In this document: positions 15,129-23,830 of the stretch, one piece after another
How positions within the stretch are numbered: position 1 is the first letter of the stretch
How the letters are laid out: each line of letters opens with the position of its first letter
NCBI GenBank assembly: GCA_031385545.1
Contig: JANNBN010000129.1
Coordinates: 33,062-97,061, forward strand
Origin: Acidimicrobiia bacterium
GTDB taxonomy: Bacteria; Actinomycetota; Acidimicrobiia; Acidimicrobiales; JANYDT01
DNA length: 64,000 bases
Reading direction: 5' to 3'
Notes under the pieces: generated by a model
Databases searched by the model: none
The model's input: the letters and a program-made list of their open reading frames with translations, nothing else
What the model was told of the DNA's origin: nothing
Translations under genes and position numbers: made by a program

Positions 15129-16358
15129 GTGTTTTCTGAGCGACCCCTGTCTGCGCGTCTGAGCGCCCGTGTACGGCGTCTCATCGTCCCCGCAAGCGTG
15201 AAATCCCCGGTGACGAGCCTTCTGGTTCTGTTGCCCCTCGCGTTGGGTGCCTGTGCGTCCGATGCACCGCAGGACGGGTTCCGCGATCCCGAGGGGCCAA
15301 TCCCACGGGCTATCAACCGGGTTGCGCATCCAGCGTTCCTGATCGCCTACATACCGGTCCTGCTATTCGTCTATGGCGTCACCATGTACGCGATGGTCCG
15401 CTATCGGCGAAAAGACGTCGATCATGTCCCGACACAGGTTCACGGCAACAAGGTTGTCGAGATCGTTTCTGTCATCGGTGCGAGCGCACTGCTCTTCGGC
15501 TTGGGTGTTCCAGCGACGATGACCTATTTCGATGTCACCGAACAGAAGAACGACTGCATGCAGATCGCCGTCGTCGGCCATCAGTGGTGGTGGGAATACC
15601 GTTATCCCGCCGAGGGCACCAAGCTCGAAACGTCGTACCCGCGCGACATCCTTGACCCCACCGACGCCGAAGCAGCCAAGGCAGAAGGCCGCGAGCAGCG
15701 AAAGATCTTCGGCATCCCTCGCGACGACCGCCCGGTGGTGGTCAACGCCAACGAGTTGCACATCCCTGAGGGATGCAACGTGCGTCTGAACATCACCTCA
15801 ATGGACGTGATGCACAACTACTGGGTGCCAAAGCTCGCCGGCAAGATCTATGCCATACCCGGCAAGATCAACCTTCTCAACGTCGAGGCCGACAGGGGCC
15901 TGGCCTCGCCCGGTAAGTCGCACTTCATCTACGGGCAGTGTGCCGAGTTCTGCGGTACCTCGCACGCCAACATGCGGTTCAAGGTTGTGGTGCAGACCAA
16001 GGCAGACTTCCAGGAGTGGCTGGCGTCTCAGGCTGCGCCGGCCAAGGCCGCACAAACCGACCTTCAGAAGAAGGGCGAGGCGCTGTTCGCCGGCGGCGCT
16101 GCGTGTTCCACCTGCCACTACCTCGACTCGTCAAAACAGTGGGACGTCACTGTTGATGCCGCCAAGATCGGTCCAAACCTCGCCCACGTCGGTAGCCGGC
16201 AGCACTTTGCCGGCGCTATCGCCCCGCTCGACGAGCGCAATCTCACCGCCTGGCTGCGCAACCCGCAGGAGTTCAAGCCGGGTTCCAAGATGGTCATCCG
16301 TCAACTGAAGAACGACGAGATCGAGGCGCTTGTCGCCTACGTCAAGTCCCTCAAATAG
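15129..16358 (+). CDS. ctaC: Cytochrome c oxidase subunit II with C-terminal cytochrome c domain (caa3-type)
   Basis: Lipobox LALGAC. CuA motif HNYWVP...GQCAEFCGTSHANM. Heme c site CSTCH followed by ...GPNLAHVG and ...MVIRQL. GTG start. Confidence 0.92.
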   Translation: MFSERPLSARLSARVRRLIVPASVKSPVTSLLVLLPLALGACASDAPQDGFRDPEGPIPRAINRVAHPAFLIAYIPVLLFVYGVTMYAMVRYRRKDVDHVPTQVHGNKVVEIVSVIGASALLFGLGVPATMTYFDVTEQKNDCMQIAVVGHQWWWEYRYPAEGTKLETSYPRDILDPTDAEAAKAEGREQRKIFGIPRDDRPVVVNANELHIPEGCNVRLNITSMDVMHNYWVPKLAGKIYAIPGKINLLNVEADRGLASPGKSHFIYGQCAEFCGTSHANMRFKVVVQTKADFQEWLASQAAPAKAAQTDLQKKGEALFAGGAACSTCHYLDSSKQWDVTVDAAKIGPNLAHVGSRQHFAGAIAPLDERNLTAWLRNPQEFKPGSKMVIRQLKNDEIEALVAYVKSLK

Positions 16359-16419
16359 TCCCCGCACGTCGTCAGTCACCCGAATTCACCAGAGCACGGT
16401 TTCGCAGGAGCATCTCGTC

Positions 16420-18405
16420 ATGGCACTCGTTCTCGAACCACCAACCGGCATCAGCCCGGAAGGCGCCACAGCCAAGCCGGCCGGCCCCGGTCTGCTGAGC
16501 CGGCCCCTGGAGACCACCAGGGGCATCATGTCGTGGGTCACCACGGTGGACCACAAGCGCCTTGGCATCATGTACGGCGTTGCGTCCATCTTGTGGTTCG
16601 TGATCGGCGGCATCGAGGCCCTCTTCATCCGCCTGCAGTTGGCGGTGCCGAACGGGTCGGTCATCGGCGCTGACACCTACAACCAGATGTTCACCATGCA
16701 TGCCACCACCATGGTGTTCCTGGTGGTCATGCCGCTTTCGGCTGCGTTCTTCAACTATTTCCTGCCGCTGCAGATCGGTGCGCGCGACGTTGCCTTTCCT
16801 CGCATGAATGCCTTCTCGTGGTGGGGCTACTTCTTTGGTGGCATTTTCATGTATTCCAGCTACTTCCTCGGGGGCTTCCCCGACGGTGGCTGGTTCGGAT
16901 ACGCGCCGAACACGTCGACCACGTTCTCTCCTGGTCACGGCATCGACTTCTGGATCATCGGTCTCCAGATGCTTGGCATCGCGTCCACCGTGTCCGCCGT
17001 CAATTTCATCGTGACCGTGTTCAACATGCGGGCCCCTGGCATGACCCTGTTCCGCATGCCGGTGTTCGCCTGGATGACATTCGTGGCCAGTTTCCTGCTG
17101 CTCTTCGCGATGCCCATCATCACGGTGGCACTGTTCCTGCTCACCTTCGATCGTTCGTACGGTGCGAACTTCTTCAACGTCAGCCAGGGCGGCGAGCCCG
17201 TGCTGTGGCAGCACCTGTTCTGGCTGTTCGGCCACCCCGAGGTGTACATCCTCATCCTGCCCGCCATGGGTATCGTCTCCGAGGTCCTGCCGACCTTTGC
17301 CCGCAAGCCATTGTTCGGCTACCCGGTTGTGGTGTTCTCCGGTATCGCCATCGGGTTCATGGGCTGGGGCGTGTGGGCGCACCATATGTTCGCCGTCGGT
17401 CTCGGTTCAGTTGCGACGGCTGCCTTCGGCGTCAGCACGATGTTCATCGCGGTGCCCACGGGTGTGAAGATCTTCAACTGGGTCGGCACCATTTGGGGCG
17501 GAGCGCTGCGGTTTACGACTGCAATGCTGTTCAGCGTCGGTTTCATCCTGACGTTCGTTATCGGCGGTCTGTCGGGTGTCACCCACTCCCTGGTCGCTTC
17601 CGATGCGCAGCAGACCGACACGTACTACATCGTCGCTCACTTCCACTATGTGCTGTTCGGTGGCGCGCTCATGGGACTGTTCTCCGGTATCTACTACTGG
17701 TACCCCAAGATCTTCGGTCGCCTGCTCGACGAAAAGATCGGCAAGACCCACTGGTTCCTGATGTGGATCGGCACGCATCTCACGTTCGGCCCCATGCACG
17801 TAGTTGGGCTTCAGGGCCAGCCGCGTCGTATGTACCGTTACGACACCGGCATGGGCTTTGACTTCTGGAACTTGGTCGAGACCATTGGCGCGTTCATCAT
17901 TGCGTTGTCGCTACTCGTCTTCTTCTTCAACGTCATCGTGACGCACCGCAAGAAGGGCCAGGTCGTTCCCATCGATCCGTGGGACGCTCGCACCCTTGAA
18001 TGGATGACCGATAACCCGCCGAAGCCACACAACTTTGACATCGTGCCAACCGTGCACAGCGTCGACGAGTTCTGGCATCGTAAGTACGCAGAAGAACCAG
18101 ACACGCACCGCGTGAAGCGGGTTGCAACTGCCGAGCAGGTACTCGAGCACGACTACGTGGATCCGAAATCGATTCACATGCCGTCGCCCTCGTACTGGCC
18201 TCTCGCGCTTGGCTTCTCGCTGTTCGTGCTCGCCTACGGCGCCCTGTACGTCGCTGTACCCGTGATGATCCTCGGGGCAGCAATGGTGATCGGGTCAATG
18301 TTCGGGTGGGCTGTTGAGCCTTCGGCGGAACCACACGACGACGATCATGATCACGGCACCGGCGGGTCCGACGCTCTCGCCCTCACCACCGGCGGATCCC
18401 ACTGA
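16420..18405 (+). CDS. ctaD: Cytochrome c oxidase subunit I (A-type, with 2-TM C-terminal extension)
   Basis: All signature motifs are present: FTMHATTM, WLFGHPEVYILILP, WAHHMF, AHFHYVLFGG. RBS GCAGGAG lies before ATG 16420. C-terminal extension HMPSPSYWPLALGFSLF... and tail EPHDDDHDHGTGG. Confidence 0.95.
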   Translation: MALVLEPPTGISPEGATAKPAGPGLLSRPLETTRGIMSWVTTVDHKRLGIMYGVASILWFVIGGIEALFIRLQLAVPNGSVIGADTYNQMFTMHATTMVFLVVMPLSAAFFNYFLPLQIGARDVAFPRMNAFSWWGYFFGGIFMYSSYFLGGFPDGGWFGYAPNTSTTFSPGHGIDFWIIGLQMLGIASTVSAVNFIVTVFNMRAPGMTLFRMPVFAWMTFVASFLLLFAMPIITVALFLLTFDRSYGANFFNVSQGGEPVLWQHLFWLFGHPEVYILILPAMGIVSEVLPTFARKPLFGYPVVVFSGIAIGFMGWGVWAHHMFAVGLGSVATAAFGVSTMFIAVPTGVKIFNWVGTIWGGALRFTTAMLFSVGFILTFVIGGLSGVTHSLVASDAQQTDTYYIVAHFHYVLFGGALMGLFSGIYYWYPKIFGRLLDEKIGKTHWFLMWIGTHLTFGPMHVVGLQGQPRRMYRYDTGMGFDFWNLVETIGAFIIALSLLVFFFNVIVTHRKKGQVVPIDPWDARTLEWMTDNPPKPHNFDIVPTVHSVDEFWHRKYAEEPDTHRVKRVATAEQVLEHDYVDPKSIHMPSPSYWPLALGFSLFVLAYGALYVAVPVMILGAAMVIGSMFGWAVEPSAEPHDDDHDHGTGGSDALALTTGGSH

Positions 18406-19037
18406 TGAGCACAGCAGCAGTCCACGACGACGCAGCGCACGACGACCACGCACTTGGCGGTCATGGCGCGCACGTCACCGCCACCGGCGTCTCCAACGAG
18501 AAGTTGGGCATGTGGGTCTTCCTCGGCTCCGAGTGCCTCTTGTTCGGTGCGCTCATCGCGACGTACCTCAACTACCGCGGCAAGTCCATCAACGGGCCGT
18601 ACCCGAAGGATGTGTACAACATCCCGTTCACCTCGGCTTCCTCGTTCATCCTGCTCATGAGCTCGCTCACGATGGTGCTCGCGCTTTCTGCGGTCGGGCG
18701 CGGCGACGGCCGTCGTGGCCGTATCTGGCTCATCAGCACGGCACTGCTCGGATCCATCTTCATCGGCGGCCAGATTTACGAGTTCCGTGACTTCTACCAG
18801 GCGAAGGGTCTCGGCCTGTCGACCAACTTGTTCGGTTCCAGCTTCTATGTGCTGACCGGCTTCCACGGCGTGCACGTCACGCTTGGCATCCTGATGCTGT
18901 TCTCGCTGGCGTTTCTGTCCTGGCGGGGGAAAATCACGAAAGCCAACAAGGAGACCGTCGAGATCATCGGTCTCTACTGGCACTTCGTCGACGTGATCTG
19001 GATCGTCATCTTCACCGTCGTCTACCTCATCAAGTAA
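18405..19037 (+). CDS. ctaE: Cytochrome c oxidase subunit III
   Basis: TGATG overlap with ctaD. LGMWVFLGSECLLFGALI..., FYVLTGFHGVHVTLG and YWHFVDVIWIVIF are canonical CoxIII segments. Confidence 0.92.
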   Translation: MSTAAVHDDAAHDDHALGGHGAHVTATGVSNEKLGMWVFLGSECLLFGALIATYLNYRGKSINGPYPKDVYNIPFTSASSFILLMSSLTMVLALSAVGRGDGRRGRIWLISTALLGSIFIGGQIYEFRDFYQAKGLGLSTNLFGSSFYVLTGFHGVHVTLGILMLFSLAFLSWRGKITKANKETVEIIGLYWHFVDVIWIVIFTVVYLIK

Positions 19038-19061
19038 TCAAGTCAGCGAGTAAGACACCCC

Positions 19062-19529
19062 ATGGCATCCAACCGCTACGTCGAACCCGAGTACCACGGC
19101 CCGGCCCTCGACGCACATGACAAGCAGTACATCGGGGTCGGGTTCGGCCTCGCTGTCCTTACTGCTATCGAGGTCGGCCTGTACTTCATCGAGAAGGACG
19201 GGGGCATCTCCGGCGGGCAGAGCAGCTGGATGCTGCTGATCCTCGCGTTCGTCAAGTTCGCCGTTGTCGCCGGTTTCTTCATGCACCTGAAGCTCGACAA
19301 CCCGATCTTCAAGCGACTTTTCGTGATGGGGGCCATCTTGGCCGGCTTCTGTTACGTCGCCGTGCTCACCGCCTTCGGCGTGTTTCACAGGGCGTGGATC
19401 ACCTGGCCTGCCTACCTCGGATTTGCCATCGTCGCGGCGGTGTTGGGATTGCGCGGTTCTCGGGGTGTTGGCGGCCATGATCACGGCCACGCTGATCACG
19501 ACCACGCTGATCACGACCACGCTCACTGA
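19062..19529 (+). CDS. ctaF: caa3-type oxidase subunit IV (COX4_pro family) with His/Asp-repeat C-terminal tail
   Basis: FVKFAVVAGFFMHLKLD is the COX4_pro hallmark. 3-4 TM segments. Tail GGHDHGHADHDHADHDHAH. Confidence 0.8.
   Translation: MASNRYVEPEYHGPALDAHDKQYIGVGFGLAVLTAIEVGLYFIEKDGGISGGQSSWMLLILAFVKFAVVAGFFMHLKLDNPIFKRLFVMGAILAGFCYVAVLTAFGVFHRAWITWPAYLGFAIVAAVLGLRGSRGVGGHDHGHADHDHADHDHAH
19488..19526. repeat. 15-bp tandem repeat encoding the HADHD repeats of the subunit IV tail
   Basis: CACGCTGATCACGAC at 19488-19502 and 19503-19517, then partial CACGCTCAC before the stop. Confidence 0.85.
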
Positions 19530-19605
19530 CTCGGATCGCAGTTATCCCGTGCCGTGATGGCTAGGGGTTTGTGTTGTCCCACCAACCGTTCAAACTGGCA
19601 CGGTG

Positions 19606-20538
19606 ATGCACTCCATTCTCTCTGTTGCCGACCCCGGCCGTGCGTCACTTCCGTGGCGAGTGGAACCCAGCGTGTGGCTCGTGATGGGCGCTGTCATCAC
19701 GTTCTTGTGGTGGGCCGTCACACGGGTCGGCCCTCGCCTTGTCGAACCCGGCCAGCCAGTCGTCACGTCGCGGCAGAAGCAGTGGCTGACTGCCGGGGTC
19801 GTGTCGATGTGGGTGTTTTCCGAGTACCCGATTCACGACATCAGCGAGAAGTACCTCTTCTCCGTGCACATGACACAGCACACGGTGTTCACGCTCGTCT
19901 CCAGCGCATGCTTCCTGATGGGTTCGCCGGACTGGCTGTGGCGATGGGTGATGTCGCACAGAGTCATTGCACAAGTTGCTCGTTTCTGCAGCAAGCCCAT
20001 GGTTGCACTGCTGTTGTTCAATGCCTTGATTGCATACACACACCTCCCGGTGATCGTGCGGCTCTCCACGTCGAACGGGCTCTTTCACTTCGGCGTGCAC
20101 ACGGCACTGTTCGTGGCGTCGCTGTTCATGTGGGTGCCGGTCATCAATCGCACCGAGCTCCTTCCGAAGCTCAAAAAACCCACCAAGATGATCTATCTGT
20201 TTGCCCAGTCGCTGGTGCCAACTGTGCCGGCCTCGTTCCTGACCTTCGCCTCGAAGCCGATGTATAAGCACTACGCCGATGCGCCCCGACTGATCTCGGG
20301 CTTCGATGCGGTGAAAGACCAGCAAACTGCCGCGGTGATCATGAAGTTGGGAGCCGGAACGTTCATCTGGTGCATCGTTGGTTATCTCTTCTATGCATGG
20401 TGGCAGGACAACGAAGCGGGGATCGCCGACGACAATATGCGTCCCATCCCGGCCGAGGGGATGGGCCAAGGAGTCCTGACCTGGGACCGCGTGCAGGTCG
20501 AACTGCAGCGTGCAGCTCCGGTCGATTCCCCCACGTAA
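19606..20538 (+). CDS. ctaG: Cytochrome c oxidase assembly factor CtaG (caa3_CtaG family membrane protein)
   Basis: Polytopic protein following ctaCDEF as in Bacillus. Motifs ...YLFSVHMTQHTVFTL... and ...LFMWVPVIN... fit the caa3_CtaG family as I recall it. Start ATG 19606 or GTG 19603. Confidence 0.7.
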   Translation: MHSILSVADPGRASLPWRVEPSVWLVMGAVITFLWWAVTRVGPRLVEPGQPVVTSRQKQWLTAGVVSMWVFSEYPIHDISEKYLFSVHMTQHTVFTLVSSACFLMGSPDWLWRWVMSHRVIAQVARFCSKPMVALLLFNALIAYTHLPVIVRLSTSNGLFHFGVHTALFVASLFMWVPVINRTELLPKLKKPTKMIYLFAQSLVPTVPASFLTFASKPMYKHYADAPRLISGFDAVKDQQTAAVIMKLGAGTFIWCIVGYLFYAWWQDNEAGIADDNMRPIPAEGMGQGVLTWDRVQVELQRAAPVDSPT

Positions 20539-20587
20539 TCAGCTCCGATGCGGTCGACCACGGCGCGCAAAACGCCGCAAGATCCGT

Positions 20588-21310
20588 TCATTCCCAGCGG
20601 AACCAGCGCATCGCAGCACTGACCGCGCCGATGGCCCAGACCGCCAGCACAACCCACGCCCGGCCTGGGGCAGCACCAGCACCGAACGCGCTTCGTACCA
20701 ACTCGGCGAGTGCCGTGGAGGGCAACAAACGTACGACAGTCCGAAATGTTGCCGGAAACCGGTCGAGCGGGACAACTATGCCGCTCACGAGGAGCAGCGC
20801 GATGTACAGCCCGTTCGCTGCAGCGAGCGTGGCCGTGGCCCGAAGTGTTCCTGCTATCAGCAGGCCGATTCCGGCGAACGCCACCGTTCCAAGCAGCAGC
20901 GCTGCGATGGCGGCCGGCCAACCGGAGTGGTCCGGCTTCCAGCCGAGAAGCAGCGCAGCACCGGAAAGTGTTGCCACTTGAATGATCTGTACGCAGACGA
21001 TTGAAGCAATCTTGGCCGTGATCAACCGGGGACGGCCGAGGGGGGTTGTGCCGAGCCGTTTGAGAACGCCGTATTCCCGCTCGAACGCCGTGGCTATGGC
21101 TACGCCCGCCATCGCCATCGAAATAACTGCCAGCGCAATGGTGGACGGCGCAAGAAATTGAACCGGCTCGTCGGTGCCGGTGTCGATGACCTTCACGACC
21201 GAGAAGAAGACGAGGAGTGACAGCGGGATGCCAAGCGTGAGCAGCACCGATTCGCCGCGGGTCAGCGTCATGCGGAGTTCGGCTGACAGCTGGGCCCATA
21301 ACGACTTCAT
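20588..21310 (-). CDS. ABC-2 type transporter permease
   Basis: 6 TM segments. ATGA overlap (21307-21310) with the upstream ATPase gene. The start at MKSLWAQLSAELRM is typical of ABC-2 permeases. Confidence 0.8.
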   Translation of the reverse strand: MKSLWAQLSAELRMTLTRGESVLLTLGIPLSLLVFFSVVKVIDTGTDEPVQFLAPSTIALAVISMAMAGVAIATAFEREYGVLKRLGTTPLGRPRLITAKIASIVCVQIIQVATLSGAALLLGWKPDHSGWPAAIAALLLGTVAFAGIGLLIAGTLRATATLAAANGLYIALLLVSGIVVPLDRFPATFRTVVRLLPSTALAELVRSAFGAGAAPGRAWVVLAVWAIGAVSAAMRWFRWE

Positions 21311-22272
21311 CGACGGCCCCGGCGTCTCGATACGGGTGGGCCACCCGAACTTGGGTCGGTGTCGGCGGTCAGGCGTAGGAACACATCTTCGAGGCGCTGT
21401 CTGCCGCCGCGAAGGTCGCCCAGCACAACGTCTTGGTCGGCCAGCCACGAGGTGATTGCTGCGATGTTTCGCGGCGATGGTTCGACAGCCACGACGTACT
21501 CGCCGGGCGTTGCCTCCGCCGTGCTCGCCCCGCCGACAGCGGCGCCAAGCAGTGCGACGTCAAGGCCGACGGGTGCACTGAAACGGATGTCGACATGAGT
21601 GCCTTGGCGCAGCGTGTCGGGTGACCCGGTGGCAACTACCGAACCATGATCGATGATGATCACTTCGTCTGCGAGCCGCTCCGCCTCATCGAGTTGATGC
21701 GTGGTGAGAACGACGGTTGCGCCTTCTGTGCGAAGCGATTCGATAACTCCCCATAGGGTTTGGCGGGCGGCAGGATCCATTCCCGCAGTCGGCTCGTCGA
21801 GGAATGCCACCTCGGGTCGGCCGACGAGGGCCATGCCGAGGGACAACCGCTGCTGCTCGCCACCGGAAAGCCGCCGCCATGGCGTCCGTGCGACGGACCG
21901 CAGCCCGACGAGATCGAGAACCTTGTTGTGATCGCGGGCGCGGTTCCCGTAGTAAGCCGCGAACAAGCGAAGGATTTGTTCCGGCCCCATCGACAGATAC
22001 ACACCGTTGCGTTGCAGCATCACGCCGATATGGGGAGCGAGTTGCCGGGCATCGGCAATCGGGTCGAGGCCCATCACCCGCACAGACCCGGAGGTGGGGC
22101 GTCTGTACCCCTCGAGTGCTTCGACCGTTGTGGTCTTGCCGGCACCGTTCGGGCCGAGGACAGCGAACACGCATCCGGAAGGCACTGAGAAGCTGATGTC
22201 GTTGACCGCCGGCCGATCCGCCCCGGGGTACTGCACCCGGAGATGGTTGACCTCAATCGCCGGCGCAGCCAT
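21307..22272 (-). CDS. ABC transporter ATP-binding protein (DrrA/ABC-2 exporter type)
   Basis: Walker A GPNGAGKTT, signature LSGGEQQRLSLG, Walker B VAFLDEPTAGMD, H-loop TTHQL. Confidence 0.9.
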   Translation of the reverse strand: MAAPAIEVNHLRVQYPGADRPAVNDISFSVPSGCVFAVLGPNGAGKTTTVEALEGYRRPTSGSVRVMGLDPIADARQLAPHIGVMLQRNGVYLSMGPEQILRLFAAYYGNRARDHNKVLDLVGLRSVARTPWRRLSGGEQQRLSLGMALVGRPEVAFLDEPTAGMDPAARQTLWGVIESLRTEGATVVLTTHQLDEAERLADEVIIIDHGSVVATGSPDTLRQGTHVDIRFSAPVGLDVALLGAAVGGASTAEATPGEYVVAVEPSPRNIAAITSWLADQDVVLGDLRGGRQRLEDVFLRLTADTDPSSGGPPVSRRRGRR

Positions 22273-22328
22273 TGGGACCTAGCGTATCGGTGTTGCTCGT
22301 GAATCGAGAGCGAGAGCTGTCGAGCGAT

Positions 22329-22408
22329 CAGCCGGGCATAGCCGGGCATCAGCGGGCATCAGCGGGCATCAGCGGGCATTAGCGGGCATCAGCGGGCATC
22401 AGCGGGCG
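22329..22408. repeat. 10-bp tandem repeat, about 8 copies (consensus CAGCGGGCAT)
   Basis: Read directly: A-GCCGGGCAT A-GCCGGGCAT C-AGCGGGCAT (x2) ...CATT-AGCGGGCAT C-AGCGGGCAT C-AGCGGGCGA. Lies between the divergent ABC ATPase start (22272) and the serS start (22434). Confidence 0.9.
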
Positions 22409-22433
22409 AGGTGCGCCACTAGCCTGGCAACCC

Positions 22434-23693
22434 ATGATCGACCTGAAACTGCTGCGAGACGATCCCGAGCGCGTGCGTCAGAGCCAGCGCGATCGCCGCG
22501 CCGATGTCACCGTGGTTGACGCGCTCCTCGCAGCTGATGCCGCGCACCGGGGCGCAACGGTTCGGTTCGATACGTTGCGCAACGCGCAGAAGTCCCTCGG
22601 CAAAGAAATTGCCCAGGCCAAGGGTGACGAGAAGCAGGTGAAGCTCGCTCACGCTGCCGACCTATCGGTTCAGGTCAAGTTGGCCGAGGCCGAGCAGACA
22701 GAGCTTGAGACGACCGTTCGCTCCTTGCACCTGAGCATCGAGAACCTGCTCGAAGCCGGAGCGCCCGTGGGCGGCGAGGCCGACTATGAGGTGGTCGAAA
22801 CTGTCGGCACACTGCCCCAGTTCGACTTTGCGGTCCGTGACCATATCGAACTCGGCGAACTTCTCGGAGCAATCGACACCGAGCGCGGAGCCAAAGTCAG
22901 CGGTGCGCGTTTCTATTACCTCACAGGCCCTGGTGCAATGCTGGAGTTCGCGCTGATGCAGCACGCCATAACAAGTGCCGTGCGCAACGGGTTCACGCCG
23001 ATGATCACCCCGGTGCTCGTCAAGCCCGAGGCCATGGCCGGCACCGGGTATCTCGGGGTGCACAGCGATGAGGTGTATCACCTCCCTGCTGACGACCTGT
23101 ACCTGGTCGGAACCAGCGAGGTTCCGCTCGCGGCCTATCACATGAACGAAATGCTCGACGGCGCCACCTTGCCGCGTCGGTACGCAGCGTTTTCGTCGTG
23201 TTTTCGCCGCGAAGCCGGAAGCTACGGAAAAGACACCCGAGGCATCATCAGGGTTCACCAGTTCGACAAGGTCGAAATGTTCTCGTTCTGCGACCCGGCC
23301 GACGCGCATAACGAGCACCTTCGTTTCCTGGGTTGGGAGAAAGAGTTCCTCGTGTCACTCGGACTTCATTTCCGCGTGATCGACACAGCGTCGGGCGACC
23401 TGGGTGCCAGTGCCGCGCGCAAGTTCGACTGCGAAGCGTGGCTCCCGAGCCAGCAGACGTTCCGTGAGGTGACCAGCACCTCGAACTGCACCGACTTCCA
23501 GGCCCGTCGACTGGGTATCCGGCTGAGAGACGACCACGGTACCCGGCCCATCGCCATGCTCAACGGCACGCTCTGCGCGATGGCGCGGATGGTGGTCATG
23601 GTGCTGGAGAACGGGCAACAGGCAGACGGGTCCGTGGTCGTGCCCGAGCCGCTTCGGGGGTTCATGGGTACCGATCGGATCAACCCGCGCTGA
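22434..23693 (+). CDS. serS: Serine--tRNA ligase
   Basis: N-terminal coiled-coil ([15 protein letters not shown]...) and class II core motifs ([29 protein letters not shown]; [16 protein letters not shown]). Confidence 0.95.
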   Translation: MIDLKLLRDDPERVRQSQRDRRADVTVVDALLAADAAHRGATVRFDTLRNAQKSLGKEIAQAKGDEKQVKLAHAADLSVQVKLAEAEQTELETTVRSLHLSIENLLEAGAPVGGEADYEVVETVGTLPQFDFAVRDHIELGELLGAIDTERGAKVSGARFYYLTGPGAMLEFALMQHAITSAVRNGFTPMITPVLVKPEAMAGTGYLGVHSDEVYHLPADDLYLVGTSEVPLAAYHMNEMLDGATLPRRYAAFSSCFRREAGSYGKDTRGIIRVHQFDKVEMFSFCDPADAHNEHLRFLGWEKEFLVSLGLHFRVIDTASGDLGASAARKFDCEAWLPSQQTFREVTSTSNCTDFQARRLGIRLRDDHGTRPIAMLNGTLCAMARMVVMVLENGQQADGSVVVPEPLRGFMGTDRINPR

Positions 23694-23830
23694 TCCATCG
23701 GCCTGGCCGGTAGTTTCTGATACCAAGGGTTGGATTGCTCAGGGTCCGCCACTTGTGACCAGGCCGTCGTTAGCTTTGCGTTCGGTCTGAACGGGGCGCC
23801 GATCCCGGCTCAGTGGAGCAAGGAGCAACC

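Noticed and set aside
22329-22408. Possible CRISPR array
   Set aside because: The units are 10 bp, directly abutting with no spacers, and no cas genes are present. It is a simple tandem repeat.
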